DNA of 64,000 nt from Octopus sinensis (taxonomy: Eukaryota), in assembly GCF_006345805.1 (NCBI RefSeq), contig NC_043003.1, positions 70,184,001-70,248,000 on the forward strand, given 5' to 3'. The notes beneath the pieces are model-generated. The model was given only the letters and a program-made list of their open reading frames with translations. It did no database searches and was not told where the DNA came from. The first letter of the stretch is position 1; every line of letters starts with the position of its first letter. Of the stretch, positions 23,218 through 37,316 are shown piece after piece. A program made the position numbers and the translations under genes.

Positions 23218-24034
23218 TTGACTGGTTTCACATTTGGTTTCAAATGTGCATGTTATATTGAGCTGTGTTGCAAATCGAGCCTTTTCTGGCCGTTCTTGTA
23301 AAAATTGTTTGTTTTAAAACAAAGAATGTGGTTCAGAACGCTTTCAGTTAACGTACATATGATTGGTCAACGCTTACGGTTAAGGTCATGTGACAGCGCG
23401 CGCCAGAAGGTAAATTAAAACTTTTCTCCATTGAATATGTCAATGACAGTTACAAACGAGAAATTTGAATAAGTGATTTTATCTTAAAGTGTTTTCTCTC
23501 TCGTTGTATGTGGGAAGTATATAAAAACTGAAAAATGACTTTATAAAAAGAAAAAGAATAACTGTTCACATAATTATTTGTTTATCATTCAGTCGATAAA
23601 TTCTAATAAGCTAATTGCTTTTAAATATAATATAATTAATATAAGGTAACATAATATAATGCAATTAATGTGATATAGTGCAATAAAATATAAGAGTGGA
23701 CAGGTAAAATTGCAATGTTTGTACACACAGATGCACAGACGTGATAAAAATATCGTAATGAAACTATGTCGAACATTCATTGTCCTAAAAACGGTACGAT
23801 ATAATGTAATTCGTTCGTTCAATTGTTTGGAAATACCTAGTTCATCTGAGTTGGATGGTCTGGCTGGCTAGCACTATGAACGCCAGGGTTAACAGCGGAA
23901 TTTCTGAATGGAGAGAGAGGTGTGAAGGCTGAAATGAGGAGGCGGAAGGAAGACGACTCCTGCATTAAGAGGCTGAAAAGCTGTATCTGTTTGCATATAT
24001 GTATATGCGTTGCGTGTGTGTGTAGTGTATGCGA

Positions 24035-24080
<46 letters not shown>

Positions 24081-24089
24081 TATATATAT

Positions 24090-24252
24090 CTTTGAATGGT
24101 AAAACTTTCAATGATGATGACCTGAAATCGCACTTGCTTCAGGTTTGGCTGATAAAGACCAGAGAAGTTCTATGAGCGCGGAAACATGAAGTTGCCAGAA
24201 AGATGGCAAAAAGTCATCGAACAAAATTGAAAATATATAGCTGATTAAAGTT
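24090..24252 (+). mobile_element. Mariner transposase C-terminal fragment
   Basis: LNGKTFNDDDLKSHL and FYERGNMKLPERWQKVIEQN. Confidence 0.8.
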
Positions 24253-24950
24253 CACTGAAATTACTTTCATGCCAACTCAATATTATTAATAAACACAATA
24301 TATATTTTTATAAGTTACTATTAGCTACATGCGATGAAAACAATCCAGACAACATTTTTTAATCGTCAAGTGCTTTCATACACACACACATACACACACA
24401 CACGCACACACACATACACACACACACACACAACACACACACACACACACACACACCACACACACACACACACACACATATATATACATATACATAATCT
24501 GCGTCTGCGCAGTTTTGAAAAGTTAGGATTTACAAACCGTTAGTTCTACATGTGGATCTGACGGTCTGTATGTCTGAAATCTAAAGGCTATCCCACTGAA
24601 GAAAACTGGTCTTCAGCAAATACCTTTTTGCTAGAAATAGTTAGAAACCGTCGGTCTGGGAAATAGTTGAGATGGTAAACGTTTTTAATTTTCATTTCTT
24701 TCGTGAATTTATCCCTTTTCGTGGTCTTGAGTTTTCTACTGCTCTTTCTAGCACAACGCTTTCCTATTTGGAAGCCTCTTATTGTATTTCTATATGAATA
24801 ATATATAGTCTAATGACTAATTCGTTTTTTGTGCTAGGCCACTGGTAATAATAATTATTATTACCCTATTTTATTATGTTTATATACATATACATATATA
24901 TGCTCCAGCATGGCCACAGTCAAATGACTGAAACAAGTAAAAGATTAAAA

Positions 24951-25005
<55 letters not shown>

Positions 25006-27052
25006 ATATATAATATATATATATATATACACATGGAAAGAGAGAGAGAGAGAGAGAGAGTGAGAGAGATGTATATGATAGTATAGGGCAGCTAATTACA
25101 GTTAGGTTCGTGACATATATTTAAATGGGACACAAGAATAGGTAATGAGTATAAAAAGAAAACAACGTATAGTATTTTATTGAAGCGGAAAAGACTCCAG
25201 AAACTGTTGAGAAGAGATTCATGAAATCGATTATCAGACAGTCGTGAGTATTTTGAATAGCATGATGTTTGGTAAACCTTCATAAATGGTGTGCTGATAA
25301 TTATTTATTAGTGATCTAACAAATAAAAATTCAGGCTGGTTGTATAGAAGGTTGTTACGTTTAAAATAACAGGAATATGTTGGATGAAAAGAATTGAATG
25401 TTGATGGAAAAATATAAACTTAAGAGACGAGTTGAAATTGAATCAAAAGTTCATTTACATAAATCACACACAAACATGGAAATTGTAGGTAAAATAATGA
25501 CAATGAAGAAAATATGCCCTTTTACAAATCAGGAATTTAAAACAGATGAAAATTATAGACGTGAGTGAATAATATTACGCAAAACAAGTAAATAATAAAC
25601 TAGCAAATACAAAAAAAAATGAAGATAAAGTAAAAGAAAAGTAGGGGAGATGGGAACTAAGTTAAAAGTTACAGTTACATTTGAAACTGGGCGTCAAATA
25701 TTGATAGACAATAAGAAAAGTTTAAAGGGGAGGGAGAGGGGATTAGAAAAAATGCAACAGATGGAGGAATTGGAGAGAGATGGAGATCTCAAGGTATTAT
25801 TCGTAAAAAGATGCAAAAAAAAAAAAAAGAAATAAAAAGAAGAAAAAGGAACCGACATACAAACGCTGAAAAAATGCCGGTGAAAATAAAACGAAATTTA
25901 GTTTCGAAATATGTTAGGATATGGAAAAATTGAAGATGGGGATATGTAAAAACCAATCCAATTAATTCAAAGGAGTTGTAAATTAAAAAAAAACAAAAAT
26001 GAGTGATAAAGTAAAATAATATAAAATATTATACAACATAATAAACGTGTGTATAGCCTATATCCTGGGGATAAAACATTATATTAAAACCCTTACAAAT
26101 TATATCGAATGCGGCGGTCGGAAGGAAACTGTTCAAGTTTAGAATTACAAAAAAAAAAAAAAAAAACCAAAACAAAACATAGACAAAACAACAAAATGAA
26201 AACTACATTTAACATATTTGAAGTCATGATAAAAACAGTAAAGCATATACCATAACGAGAAGTGGCAATGTATTTTAATCATTCGGTGGCAAAAGCGTTG
26301 AAATTGAAACTTTGAAGAATGGTTCAATTGTTCAAGGCCGAAACAGGAAAACTTTTTTTCCCACTTAAGTATGCCGAACATTCATAGAATGACGGTAAGA
26401 TCAATGCATATATGGGTTAATCTTTCTAAAATAGATCATTGAAATTCGAAAGAGGCAGAATCTGTTCCTTGTGATTTTCATATATGTTTTAATAAACATG
26501 ATATATTCCGACTATTTAAAGGAATTTTCGAGTAGATAAAATTTCGTCTTGAAGCTGCTTTCTGCGGGGGAGGTAAAAGTTTTATACGTAGAACTATTAT
26601 CGACCTGGTTCTTAGCTCCGTAAACAACTCCTCTGATCAGAGAACTGGCATTAAGAGGGCAGTTACTAGGATTTTTACAATTACACTTAAGGCCGGCTTC
26701 ATATTGACTAGATGTATCGAGATCTACTCACATTGTGTTGGTTAACAGACGAAGCCAAACTTTTACAGATAGAATAAATAACTTTAGGGATTCTCCTGTG
26801 AAGTATTGAATTGATTTTTATGCATATCCTCATGGATAAGTTTTCCAAGTCTTTATATATTTCGAAATTGAGTTTGGTACGTTTTCGGTTGATCGATGTC
26901 CGTTTTCTTGTTTTAACCATCTTTGCACCTTCGACTAATATACTATTAGAGCACTATCCGTCTAATTTCTCTATAATTTGCAAGATTTGTAATCACTGTC
27001 ACCTTCGATCTTTATTTGATCAAATTTCAGTTGTAACTGAAAGTTTTTAAGC

Positions 27053-27316
27053 ATCAGGCGTGGCACTGTGGTAAGAAGCTTACTTCCCAACCACATGGTT
27101 CCGGGTTCAATCCCATTGTATGGCACCTTGATCAAATGTCTTCTACTATAACCTCGAGCCGACCAAAGCCTTGTGAATGGATTTGGTAGACGGAAACCGA
27201 AAGAAACCCGTCGTATATGTATGTATATATCTATGTGTGTGTGTGGACATAAACACACAAACATCAGTTGTCAAGCGATGGTGTTGGGACAAGCACGGAC
27301 AGAAAGACGCACACAC
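27053..27316 (+). mobile_element. SINE family A 5' half followed by an inverted piece of its own post-microsatellite segment
   Basis: Head and body on + strand 27053-27215; 27247-27316 is the reverse complement of the GTTTGTCCC..CATCGCTTGACAAC..GTGTTTATGT segment. Confidence 0.75.
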
Positions 27317-27320
27317 GTAA

Positions 27321-27372
<52 letters not shown>

Positions 27373-27384
27373 GCTGATGACACA

Positions 27385-28005
27385 AAAGTAGTACAAGCAG
27401 TCAAGGAACCTTCTGATGCTAATATTCTTCAGAAAGACCTAGATGCCATATATAAATGGGCTGAGGACAAGAACATGCAATTTAATGCAGGCAAATTCCA
27501 AGTCCTCTGCTACCAGCTAATTGGTGCTCAGAAGTCACAAACAACAATACTTTGGACCAAAGGGAGCTGACAGGGGAGGTATGCAGTGTATATGTGTGGA
27601 AGATACTGGAGGAGGTGGTACCAAACTTTGGAATTTAGAGTTATAACAGACCTCGAAATGAACGTCACTGCATTGTTCCAAAAGTTCCAGCTGTTTCATC
27701 TAAGTTGAGGACCATGTACTGCAATACATGAGATGCAAAGGCTCACAGCAATTTAACGCCTTGCCAAAACATCTGAGAGATCTCCATGGAGTGGGGGTAG
27801 ATGTTTTCAAGAAACAACTTGACCTCTTTCTATTCAAGATTGTAGATGAACCAATATCAAGGCATGAAACTCAAACGAGAGCAGCGATATCGAACTCCCT
27901 TCTTCACCAGAAGCCAAATCCACAGAACTGTCCAATTAAAAGGTGATTACAATGGCGTTGCCCCATCATGGCCACAGCCTCAAGGCTGAAACATATAAAA
28001 GAATA
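27385..28005 (+). mobile_element. CR1/Jockey-group LINE 3' fragment with internal deletion and intact 3' tail
   Basis: LQKDLDAIYKWAEDKNMQFNAGKFQVL; FNALPKHLRDLHGVGVDVFKKQLDLFL..DEP..RAAISNSLLHQ; tail CATGGCCACAGCCTCAAGGCTGAAAC. Confidence 0.8.
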
Positions 28006-28019
28006 TCTATATATACACA

Positions 28020-28160
28020 TATGCGACGGACTTCTTTCAATTTCCGTCTACCAAATCTACTCACAAGGCTTTCGTCGGTCCGAGGCTAGTAGAAGACAAT
28101 TGCCCAAGAGGCCACGCAGTGGGACAGAACCCAGTGGAACCATGTAGTTATGCCTGCGCT
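28020..28160 (-). mobile_element. SINE family A head fragment
   Basis: Reverse complement of the family A 5' half. Confidence 0.75.
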
Positions 28161-28569
28161 ATAACGAGCAAAATCTCTAAACGTTACTGTCTCTCACTCT
28201 CTTTTTACACACACACACACAGGTGCATAAACATAGGCGCATAAACATAGGCGCACACACAAACGTGCATACCTACATATACACTCATACATACAAATTA
28301 ACCACACTCACAAACAGTATGTATTTATGTGAAATCCATACTCATTATATGAGTGTGAGTTCATCCATATATACACCCACTCATATGTTCATATAAACAC
28401 CCACAAAGACGCCATATTTACTGGGGGTTACATATAAACGAATCTCTAGAAATATCTTGAGATAAACAAAGAAGCCTTGGTATTTAGTCACTGGCTAAAA
28501 TTCTTCTAAGAAAATAAATAAATCTCAAAGAATACATACATTCATACAGACACATTCTCTCTCATACAC

Positions 28570-28642
28570 TAATCTCTCCCAATACATACATATATATATA
28601 TATATATACAGACATGAATGTATTCACACACGCTATATATGC

Positions 28643-28674
<32 letters not shown>

Positions 28675-28792
28675 AGATATGTATATGTATATATATACAT
28701 ATACATATATATATATATGTATATGTATATATATATATGTATGTATATATATATGTATATATATTTATGTATATATATATGTAAATTTTATG

Positions 28793-28828
<36 letters not shown>

Positions 28829-29082
28829 TGTATATATGTATATATATATATTTATGTATATATATGTATATATGTAACATATATGTATGTGCATATATAT
28901 ATTATATGTATATATATATTATATATATATATATATGTATATATGTATACATATATGTATGTGCATATATATATATATGTATTATATATATTATATATAT
29001 GTATATATATATGTATATATATATGTATATATATGTGTGTATATATACATATGTATATATATATTATATATATATATATTAT

Positions 29083-29141
<59 letters not shown>
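28570..29141. repeat. Long degenerate (TA)n/(TATG)n microsatellite
   Basis: Direct reading. Confidence 0.95.
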
Positions 29142-29146
<5 letters not shown>

Positions 29147-29878
29147 CCATGCCAACATGGACAACGGATGTTATATGATGATGATAATAGTATATATATA
29201 TATATATGCATGTATGCATCCATATGTGTGTGTATGCGTGTGTAACAAAAAAGTTTAATGTGGTTAAGTCTTCAGTTTATACTGATTACGCTGTGGAATG
29301 AATAAATACATATTATGCGGATGTTAACCTGCAATGCGTCTTGGCGTCTTGGTCACCAATCAGAAGTTAAGAAACATTTGCGTATCTTGCCACTCAGTAA
29401 CAGAACTTGATAGTAATCGCTATTTAAATCAGATAGCAACAAGTAATTAGCTGAAATAGCTTCGCTAATTTATATACATTACCATAGTAGTTCGCATCTA
29501 GTGGCTAACTAATTGAAATAGCGATTTAGATGCCATTTTCAGGAAAGCCATGTATTGTTTGTGTTTAAGAAGTGTATAAGAGGGTGAAGCAATTTTCTGC
29601 TGACGAATGGCCAACTAGCCATGGAACATGCCGAGATAACCTCCAAATCTTTTTGTGTCCGAGAAAAATAACATGAGTTTACTTTTATCTACATTCCACA
29701 TTAGATTTGTTTTAAATGATCCAATAAACGCTGTTTCTATATAAAATGTCATAAATGTGGGGGCGTGTTGCTTTTGCGTCGTATTGTGCTTAAAATCACA
29801 AAATATATACATAATAAGTTTTTATAAGTACACAAACACGCGAGCACACACATAAATGATATCAATTGCACATGCGTA

Positions 29879-30020
<142 letters not shown>

Positions 30021-30141
30021 AGATACAAATAAGATGGCAATTTATTTTTAAATGCAGAAACGCAGTAATGCTGTTAGCACAGCAGAGATATTACGTAAAT
30101 TACCCTTACAAAACGGAAAAATTTTGTCAACAAACAACTAT

Positions 30142-30172
<31 letters not shown>

Positions 30173-30207
30173 TATGTGGTGTGTGGTGGTGTGTGTGTGT
30201 GTGTGTG

Positions 30208-30247
<40 letters not shown>

Positions 30248-30977
30248 TATATATATATATATGTATGTATATATATGCATATGCATATACGTATGTGTGT
30301 ATGTATGAATATATAGATGCGCATACTTATATAAATATAATATACTAATATAATACACAGACACACACGTATTGGTTGTTGACTTTAGGAAACATGGATT
30401 TTATTTCTAATACAATACTGAAAGGTTTAAATGTGTGTATGTATGTATGTATGTAGTATGTATGTATGTATGTATGTATGTATGTATGTATGTATGTATG
30501 TATGTATGTGTGTGTGTATCTATGTATACTTGTATGTAGCTGTATATGTGTGTATGCGCGCGCACTTCAGGGCGTATATCTGTGTGTGTATGAACTGCGA
30601 TATTCATGCAAGAAAGCATTTCTAAAATTTTAATAACTTAATAATGGCAAGTTTTTATGTAGAACTTTTTCTGTGAAATATTTGCATACATTTTATTATG
30701 CAATATCCATACGCCAGTTTTTCTGGTTTCTGTGATGAATGAATATTTTAAAAGCCAATAGATAATTTTAATTTTTGAGATTTTAGAAAAATAATATTTT
30801 TTATGCTTCAGCATATATATTTCCATGTAATTCTAAATTGATTTGTAACACATTAAACGGAGGAATATTTAACAGGTGTGTTTTATCTGTTGTGAGTTCT
30901 GGAGAAGACAATCTGTCTTGTTCTGTTTGATGGTCTGATGGAAAATATGTCTGCTTTTCGCAGGCAGCTGTGTGGTT

Positions 30978-31368
30978 AGTAGGAATGGATGTGTGGTAAG
31001 TAGCCTGCTTACGAACCACATGGATCCGGTTCAGTCCCACTGCGTGGCACCTTGGGTAATTGTCTTCTACTACAGCCTTGGGCAGACCAAAGCCTTGTGA
31101 GTGGATTTGGTAGGCGGAAACTGAAAGACGCCCGTCGTATATATGTATATATATGTATATGTATGTGTGTGTATATGTTTGTGTGTCTGTGTTTGTCCCC
31201 CCACCATCGCTTGACAACCGATGGTCCCCGTAACTTAGCGGTTCGGCAAAAGAGACCGAGAGAATAAGTACTAGGCTTACAAAAAATAAGTCCTGGGGTC
31301 GATTTGCTCGACTAAAGGCAGTGCTCCAGCATGGCCACTGTCACATGACTGAAACAAGTAAAAGAGTA
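30978..31368 (+). mobile_element. SINE family A
   Basis: Full head-to-tail homology to 1447-1918. Confidence 0.88.
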
Positions 31369-31373
31369 TTGGG

Positions 31374-31860
<487 letters not shown>

Positions 31861-32692
31861 AAAAGTTAAAAGATGCCGCATTAATTTAAGTCTTCTTACT
31901 CTATCTTCCTCGCTTTCCTTCTCTTTTTAACTTTCACTTTGTTCGTTTCGTTTCGTTGATATCACTCTCTGTATTTCATAAACGCGATATCTGCAAACTT
32001 CTTTCTTATTCCTTTAAACTTTCACTTTCTTTTCTAGGTTATTAACGATAACCTACATGACTCTGTCTCTCTTATATCACACAGCGCCTTCCCATACCTC
32101 ACCACTACTCATAATTTCCTTTCTATATTTTACAAAATCTCTTCCCCTCCTCCTCTCTATAGCAAAATTTTTTTTCTATCAATTATTGGTCTTCCATACA
32201 TTATAAATTTGAAGATGAACTTTTTGCATGTGTATACTGGAGTTGAAAAATTCATATAACCATGATATTCTGTCGATCGGAAGAGCTAACCTTCTATATC
32301 TGCATTGGTTTCTAAAATGTACAGTGGTACCATGCAATTTATAGCATACATACTAATACAGACATATAGAATAATTTCCTAGACACTAAAATAAATTATT
32401 TTGGCATGATGTTGGCTGCAAAACGGCCATCATCCTATGGATATCAACTGGTGAAGTAAATATATTCATCTCATACCTCCTGACTTACGTTATAATCTAT
32501 ATTCTCCTCATTAATTAATTTTCAATGATTGGTGGATATTCTAGATTTCATCTGCATAGGGCCCCACATTACACTCCTAATGGTTTACTATGCCGTATGT
32601 AGCTGGGTCCACGACAAGAGCTTTTTTGTGATTACCACTGGATTTATATAAATCCATATACTGTACATTAAACTTATATATATATATATATA

Positions 32693-32989
32693 TCACCGTG
32701 ATCACCGTGACCGACCAGGCTATCAGATGTTGCTACACATCGCTGGTCACAATGCGCTTCGCATTGTTTTAACCTTCAAATAACGCCACCCCGCTGGCTA
32801 AGCGAGCAGGCCAACAGAAGAAAGAGTGAGAGAAAGTTGTGGCGAAAGGGTTCGCCACTCCCCCTGCCGGAGCCTTGTGGAGCTTTAGGTGTTTTTCACT
32901 CAATAAACACTCACAACGCCAGATCTGGGAATCGAAACCGCGATCCTCCGACCGCGAGTCCGCTGCCCTAACCACTGGGCCATTGCGCC

Positions 32990-32990
<1 letters not shown>
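32693..32990 (-). mobile_element. tRNA-derived SINE, Arg-like (OR-type) head, tail type 2
   Basis: Same head as 15068 on the minus strand, different 3' half ending TGATAGCCTGGTCGGTCACGGTGATCACGGTGA. Confidence 0.85.
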
Positions 32991-33047
<57 letters not shown>

Positions 33048-33185
33048 CATAAAAGTAAATAAATGATACAACGAAGTATCGATATTTACTGGAAAATAGC
33101 GAACGTAATAAATACGACGCTAATGTATAGCTTCACTGCATATGTACCAGTAAAGATGCGTCTGAAAAATGAAAAACCTAGATAA

Positions 33186-33226
<41 letters not shown>

Positions 33227-33318
33227 TATATAATAATAATATTGGGTAGTATAACTCCAAACTTACAGGGAAAAGTTCAATTTAGTATTAAATCAAATTT
33301 CACAGTATAAGTATATAA

Positions 33319-33437
33319 ATATAAAATATGAATTAGAGATAAAACCACTATTATGCAACTCAAACAGTGTATTGGTTTATGTCTATCACTGTTTGAGTTG
33401 CATAATAGAGGTTTAATCTCTAATTCATATTTTATAT
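33319..33437. repeat. Hairpin with 51-bp arms and 17-nt loop among (TA)n tracts
   Basis: ATATAAAATATGAATTAGAGAT...CAAACAGTG / CACTGTTTG...ATCTCTAATTCATATTTTATAT with 2 mismatches. Confidence 0.9.
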
Positions 33438-33484
33438 ATACATATATATATATATATATTCAGTGTCACATATAGAACCAATGT

Positions 33485-33830
33485 GTCGTTTTTCGTCTGG
33501 GAAAGATCCTTTTAAAGACGTATAGTGTTAAAAACACAGTATACTTCAGAGCTAGGCGAAACAGACCGTCACGGAACAGACGAGAGCGGGAAATACCGGT
33601 AACGCAAATCTGCAAATAATTTGAATACTATTTATATATACTTCAGGAAAACTATTTCGATTTTGTTTCGTACGCAGCGTTGGTAACCAACAAAATACTG
33701 TAAAATACCGGCATCTGCTGCTTTCGTCCTCTACCCGAATGATTTCGCTTCGCCTAGCTCTGAAGTGAACTGTTTTAAGCACTATAAGTCTTTTAAGAGG
33801 TTTTTCCGATGAGAAAATCCGCTACATCCG
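33485..33830. mobile_element. Degenerate MITE-like element
   Basis: Inverted arms of about 50 bp including ACTTCAGAGCTAGGCGAA (33543-33560) and TTCGCCTAGCTCTGAAGT (33750-33767). Confidence 0.55.
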
Positions 33831-33920
33831 GTGTTTAACAACATACATATGTCAAGTGCGTGATTCTGATAATGTTTACATTATTGAACTGCTTTAAACA
33901 CAGAAGTTTTATATAACTTG

Positions 33921-34215
33921 CAGATGTCTTCTACTATCGCCTCGGGTCGACCTAAGCTTTGTGAGTGGATCTGGTAGACAGAAACCGAAAGAAGCCCTTC
34001 GAGTGTGTGTGTTTGTGTATATATGTATACGTGTGTGTGTGTTTGTTCCCCACCACTAGACACTCGATGTTGGTATGCTTGCGTCCCTGTGACTTAGCAG
34101 TCCGAAAACATATACTGATAAATACCAGAAAATAAATACTTTGGACTAAAAGAATTCGTTAAGGTGGTGCCCCAGCATGACCGCAGTCTAATTAATGTCT
34201 GAAACAAATAAAAGA
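33921..34215 (+). mobile_element. 5'-truncated SINE family A
   Basis: Body and tail homology. Confidence 0.75.
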
Positions 34216-35159
34216 AAAAAAGTTCAGAAATATAACTGTAATCACGACGTTATGTAATGTAGGTTACGGATTACAATGGCTACGCTATAGAAAGTATAGA
34301 AACTGTATACATCGTTAATCTCGGCACGGACAGATAAATAAGGAGGTTATAATTTTCCTGTCGGGCTTGATGATCATCTATCAAAAGATGATTTCAGTTG
34401 TCGTACTTAATGGTAATCGATATTTAAATTAGATAAAAACTAGAAGCTTGCTAAAATGGAGACAAAAATTTGTATGCTCTACAATATTAGCTGTTAGTTG
34501 AAATCTGATTGAAATATCAATTAAAGTACAATTTTGGGGAGCTAGAATAGTATGTTCAGAAAGCCACTTATAGTTTCTGCCCATGAAGAAAATTTGTTGT
34601 GTTCTTTTCATAGACAAAAGAGTGAGTAGTGGTTATACTCTAGACAAGTGGCCAACAAGCCATGAAAACGGCGGCGTAATCTCCTTATTTTTCTGTGTCT
34701 GAAGAGAATAACACTATGTATTTACATGATTTTTCGTGGCATAATTAATAATGTGTCAATTTATAATTTAGGATTTTACCTTATAAAATACTGAGTAGGG
34801 GGATACATTCGCTGCTATTTTTAGCGTGTTGAGTGACCAGGTAGAGGCTCTTTCATTGGTTTCATTGTGTGATGAGATTTTTTTACACATATATGTATAA
34901 TATGCATATATATCATTGGCAGAAGTTAGAGAGTAAGTCAAAACCTGAGAGTTACCTATATTGGCACTTATCAAACACGAATTTGTCCATTGTCACTCAG
35001 TATCTTGTGACGAAATAATTTCTAAAATACAAAATTTTGTCAAAAACGTTAAGAGTAAATCCTGTTGTATGTGACACATTGTATCAGTATCGGAAGTTAA
35101 AAAGTGATGAGTTAAAAAAATTGATAAAATAATCTGTACGTCAAATTGAATAGATCCAA

Positions 35160-35275
35160 AATGGATAAAGAGCAAAGTCGACCTCGGCGGAATTTGAACT
35201 CAAAGTGTAAACACAGAGAAAATACTACTAAGCATTTCACCGGCGAATTAACGTCTCTGCCAGTTCAACGCTTTA
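35160..35275 (-). mobile_element. Meta-like SINE 5' fragment
   Basis: GCAAAGTCGACCTCGGCGGAATTTGAACTC. Confidence 0.7.
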
Positions 35276-35759
35276 GCAAGTGAGCATTCATTTTAGCAAT
35301 ATATTCTTTATTCTTATTGCTAAGCGTTACTTCCTTACTCTCTTACTGACACGAAATGTCGTGGCATTTCACCCCATAACTTTTCTTCTACTAAATTTTG
35401 TTCAATGCGACTAACGACTCTGAATTCCTCATACATTTTCCTATCATTTAAGCTTAAGAAAAGTGTACTTTTATTTTAAAATTAAAAAAGTTTATGTTAA
35501 GTGAAGGTGAATAGGTGCCTTACTGCCCCCTTTGAGGTCGGAGATATATATTGATGTAACTATTTTTCTACTGAACCTAATATCAAACTATTCATGCCAA
35601 AGTGTAGCTGAGGAGGTTTCATCTTTAAAACTGTTAACAGTTGCAATTTAGTTGAGAACTGAATTAGTGGTGAAGCTTGGAAGCTGCTGCGATTGACGAA
35701 TGGTGGACTTAAGAATATATTCAACCACTACCGTGGTTGAATATTTATAGCTATGTAGA

Positions 35760-35796
<37 letters not shown>

Positions 35797-35870
35797 TTTC
35801 GAGCATGAGTATGTACATGGGTATGTATCTGTGCGAGCATATATGTGTACGTATGGGCCTGCTCTTAGAG

Positions 35871-35901
<31 letters not shown>

Positions 35902-36149
35902 CCCGCACACGAGTGTGTTATATATTGCAAAGACATGTATACATACATATATGCACACATACAGATGCAGACACATACATTAATACATAAATATAAACAA
36001 AGAGACGTATGTACCCATTACAGAAGTGCAAGTGTACCCTCGCATACACCCACGTCTTTAAAATAAACGTCTGGACTCATTCAAAGGAGCCTTGATATTA
36101 GAAAAATGGTTTAAACTCAGCAATAAAAAAAAAATTTGTAAACAAAACA

Positions 36150-36485
36150 TACATACCTACAGACACATGCACACACGTACATAATACATACGCACATACA
36201 CACATACATATATTTATACATACATACATTCACATACACACATACGTACATAATACATACATACACACATACATACATACATATACACAAACATACACAC
36301 ACATACATAAATACATGCATACATATACACACATAATACACACATACACACATACATACATACATACATACATACATACATACACACATACATACATACA
36401 TACATACATACATACACACATACATACATACATAATACATACAGACATGCATACATACATACATACATACATACATACATACATA
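36150..36485. repeat. (TACA)n-rich compound microsatellite
   Basis: Direct reading. Confidence 0.9.
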
Positions 36486-36615
36486 ATTATTTATGGTGGG
36501 TTATTTAGAAGTTCCGTTAGCCTTTAAATGATATATAATAGCTTTATTTTATATTTTGTTGAAATTTTGTTGTTATTTATTATTAAGACTGTCGTGGCTG
36601 TTTCTATATGTATGT

Positions 36616-36783
36616 GCAGGAGTGGCTGAGTGGTAAGTAGCTCGCTTACTAACCACATGGTTCCGGGTTCAGTCCTACTGCATGGTACCTTGGGCAAGTG
36701 TCTTCTACTATAGCTTCGGGCCGACAAAAGCCTTGTGAGTGGATTTGGTTGACGGTAACTGAAAGAAGCCCGTAGTATATATG

Positions 36784-36814
<31 letters not shown>

Positions 36815-36998
36815 ATGTTTGTGCATCTGTGTTTGTCCCCTCTCCATCGCTTGAGAAACTTAGCGGTTCGTCAAAAAGAGTCCGGTAGAATAAGTACTAG
36901 GCTTACAAAGAATAAGTCATGGGGTCAATTTGTTCGACTAAAGGCGGTGCTCTAGCATGGCCACAGTCAAACTGAAACAAATAAAAGAATAAAAGAAT
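36616..36998 (+). mobile_element. SINE family A
   Basis: Head-to-tail homology. Confidence 0.88.
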
Positions 36999-37032
36999 AT
37001 ATACATTTTTATTATATATATATATTTATATA

Positions 37033-37316
37033 TACTCTTTTACTCTTACTTGTTTCAGTCATTTTGCCGAACCGCTAAGTTACGGGTACGTAAACACACC
37101 AACATCGGTTGTCAAGGGATGGTGGGGGACACAGACACACACATATATGTATAGACGACGGGATATTTTCAGTTTCCGTCTACCAAATCCACTCACAAGG
37201 CTTTGGTCGGCCCGAGGCTGTAGTAGAAGACACTTGTCCAAGGTGCTACGTAGAGGGACTGAACCTGGAACCATGTGGTTGGGAAGCAAGTATCTTACCA
37301 CACAGTCACTCCAGCC
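37033..37316 (-). mobile_element. SINE family A, tail-to-tail with the previous copy, internal deletion in 3' part
   Basis: Reverse-complement homology. Confidence 0.85.

Larger units (their letters stand above)
20843..23676. mobile_element. Non-autonomous DNA element with about 340-bp terminal inverted repeats and an internal minisatellite
   Basis: 20843-21182 matches the reverse complement of 23344-23676; ends read ATAT|CAC...GTG|ATAT; no transposase. Confidence 0.85.

Noticed and set aside
23837-24000. Purine-rich coding-looking stretch
   Set aside because: No family motif recognised; the ORF depends on adjacent microsatellite.
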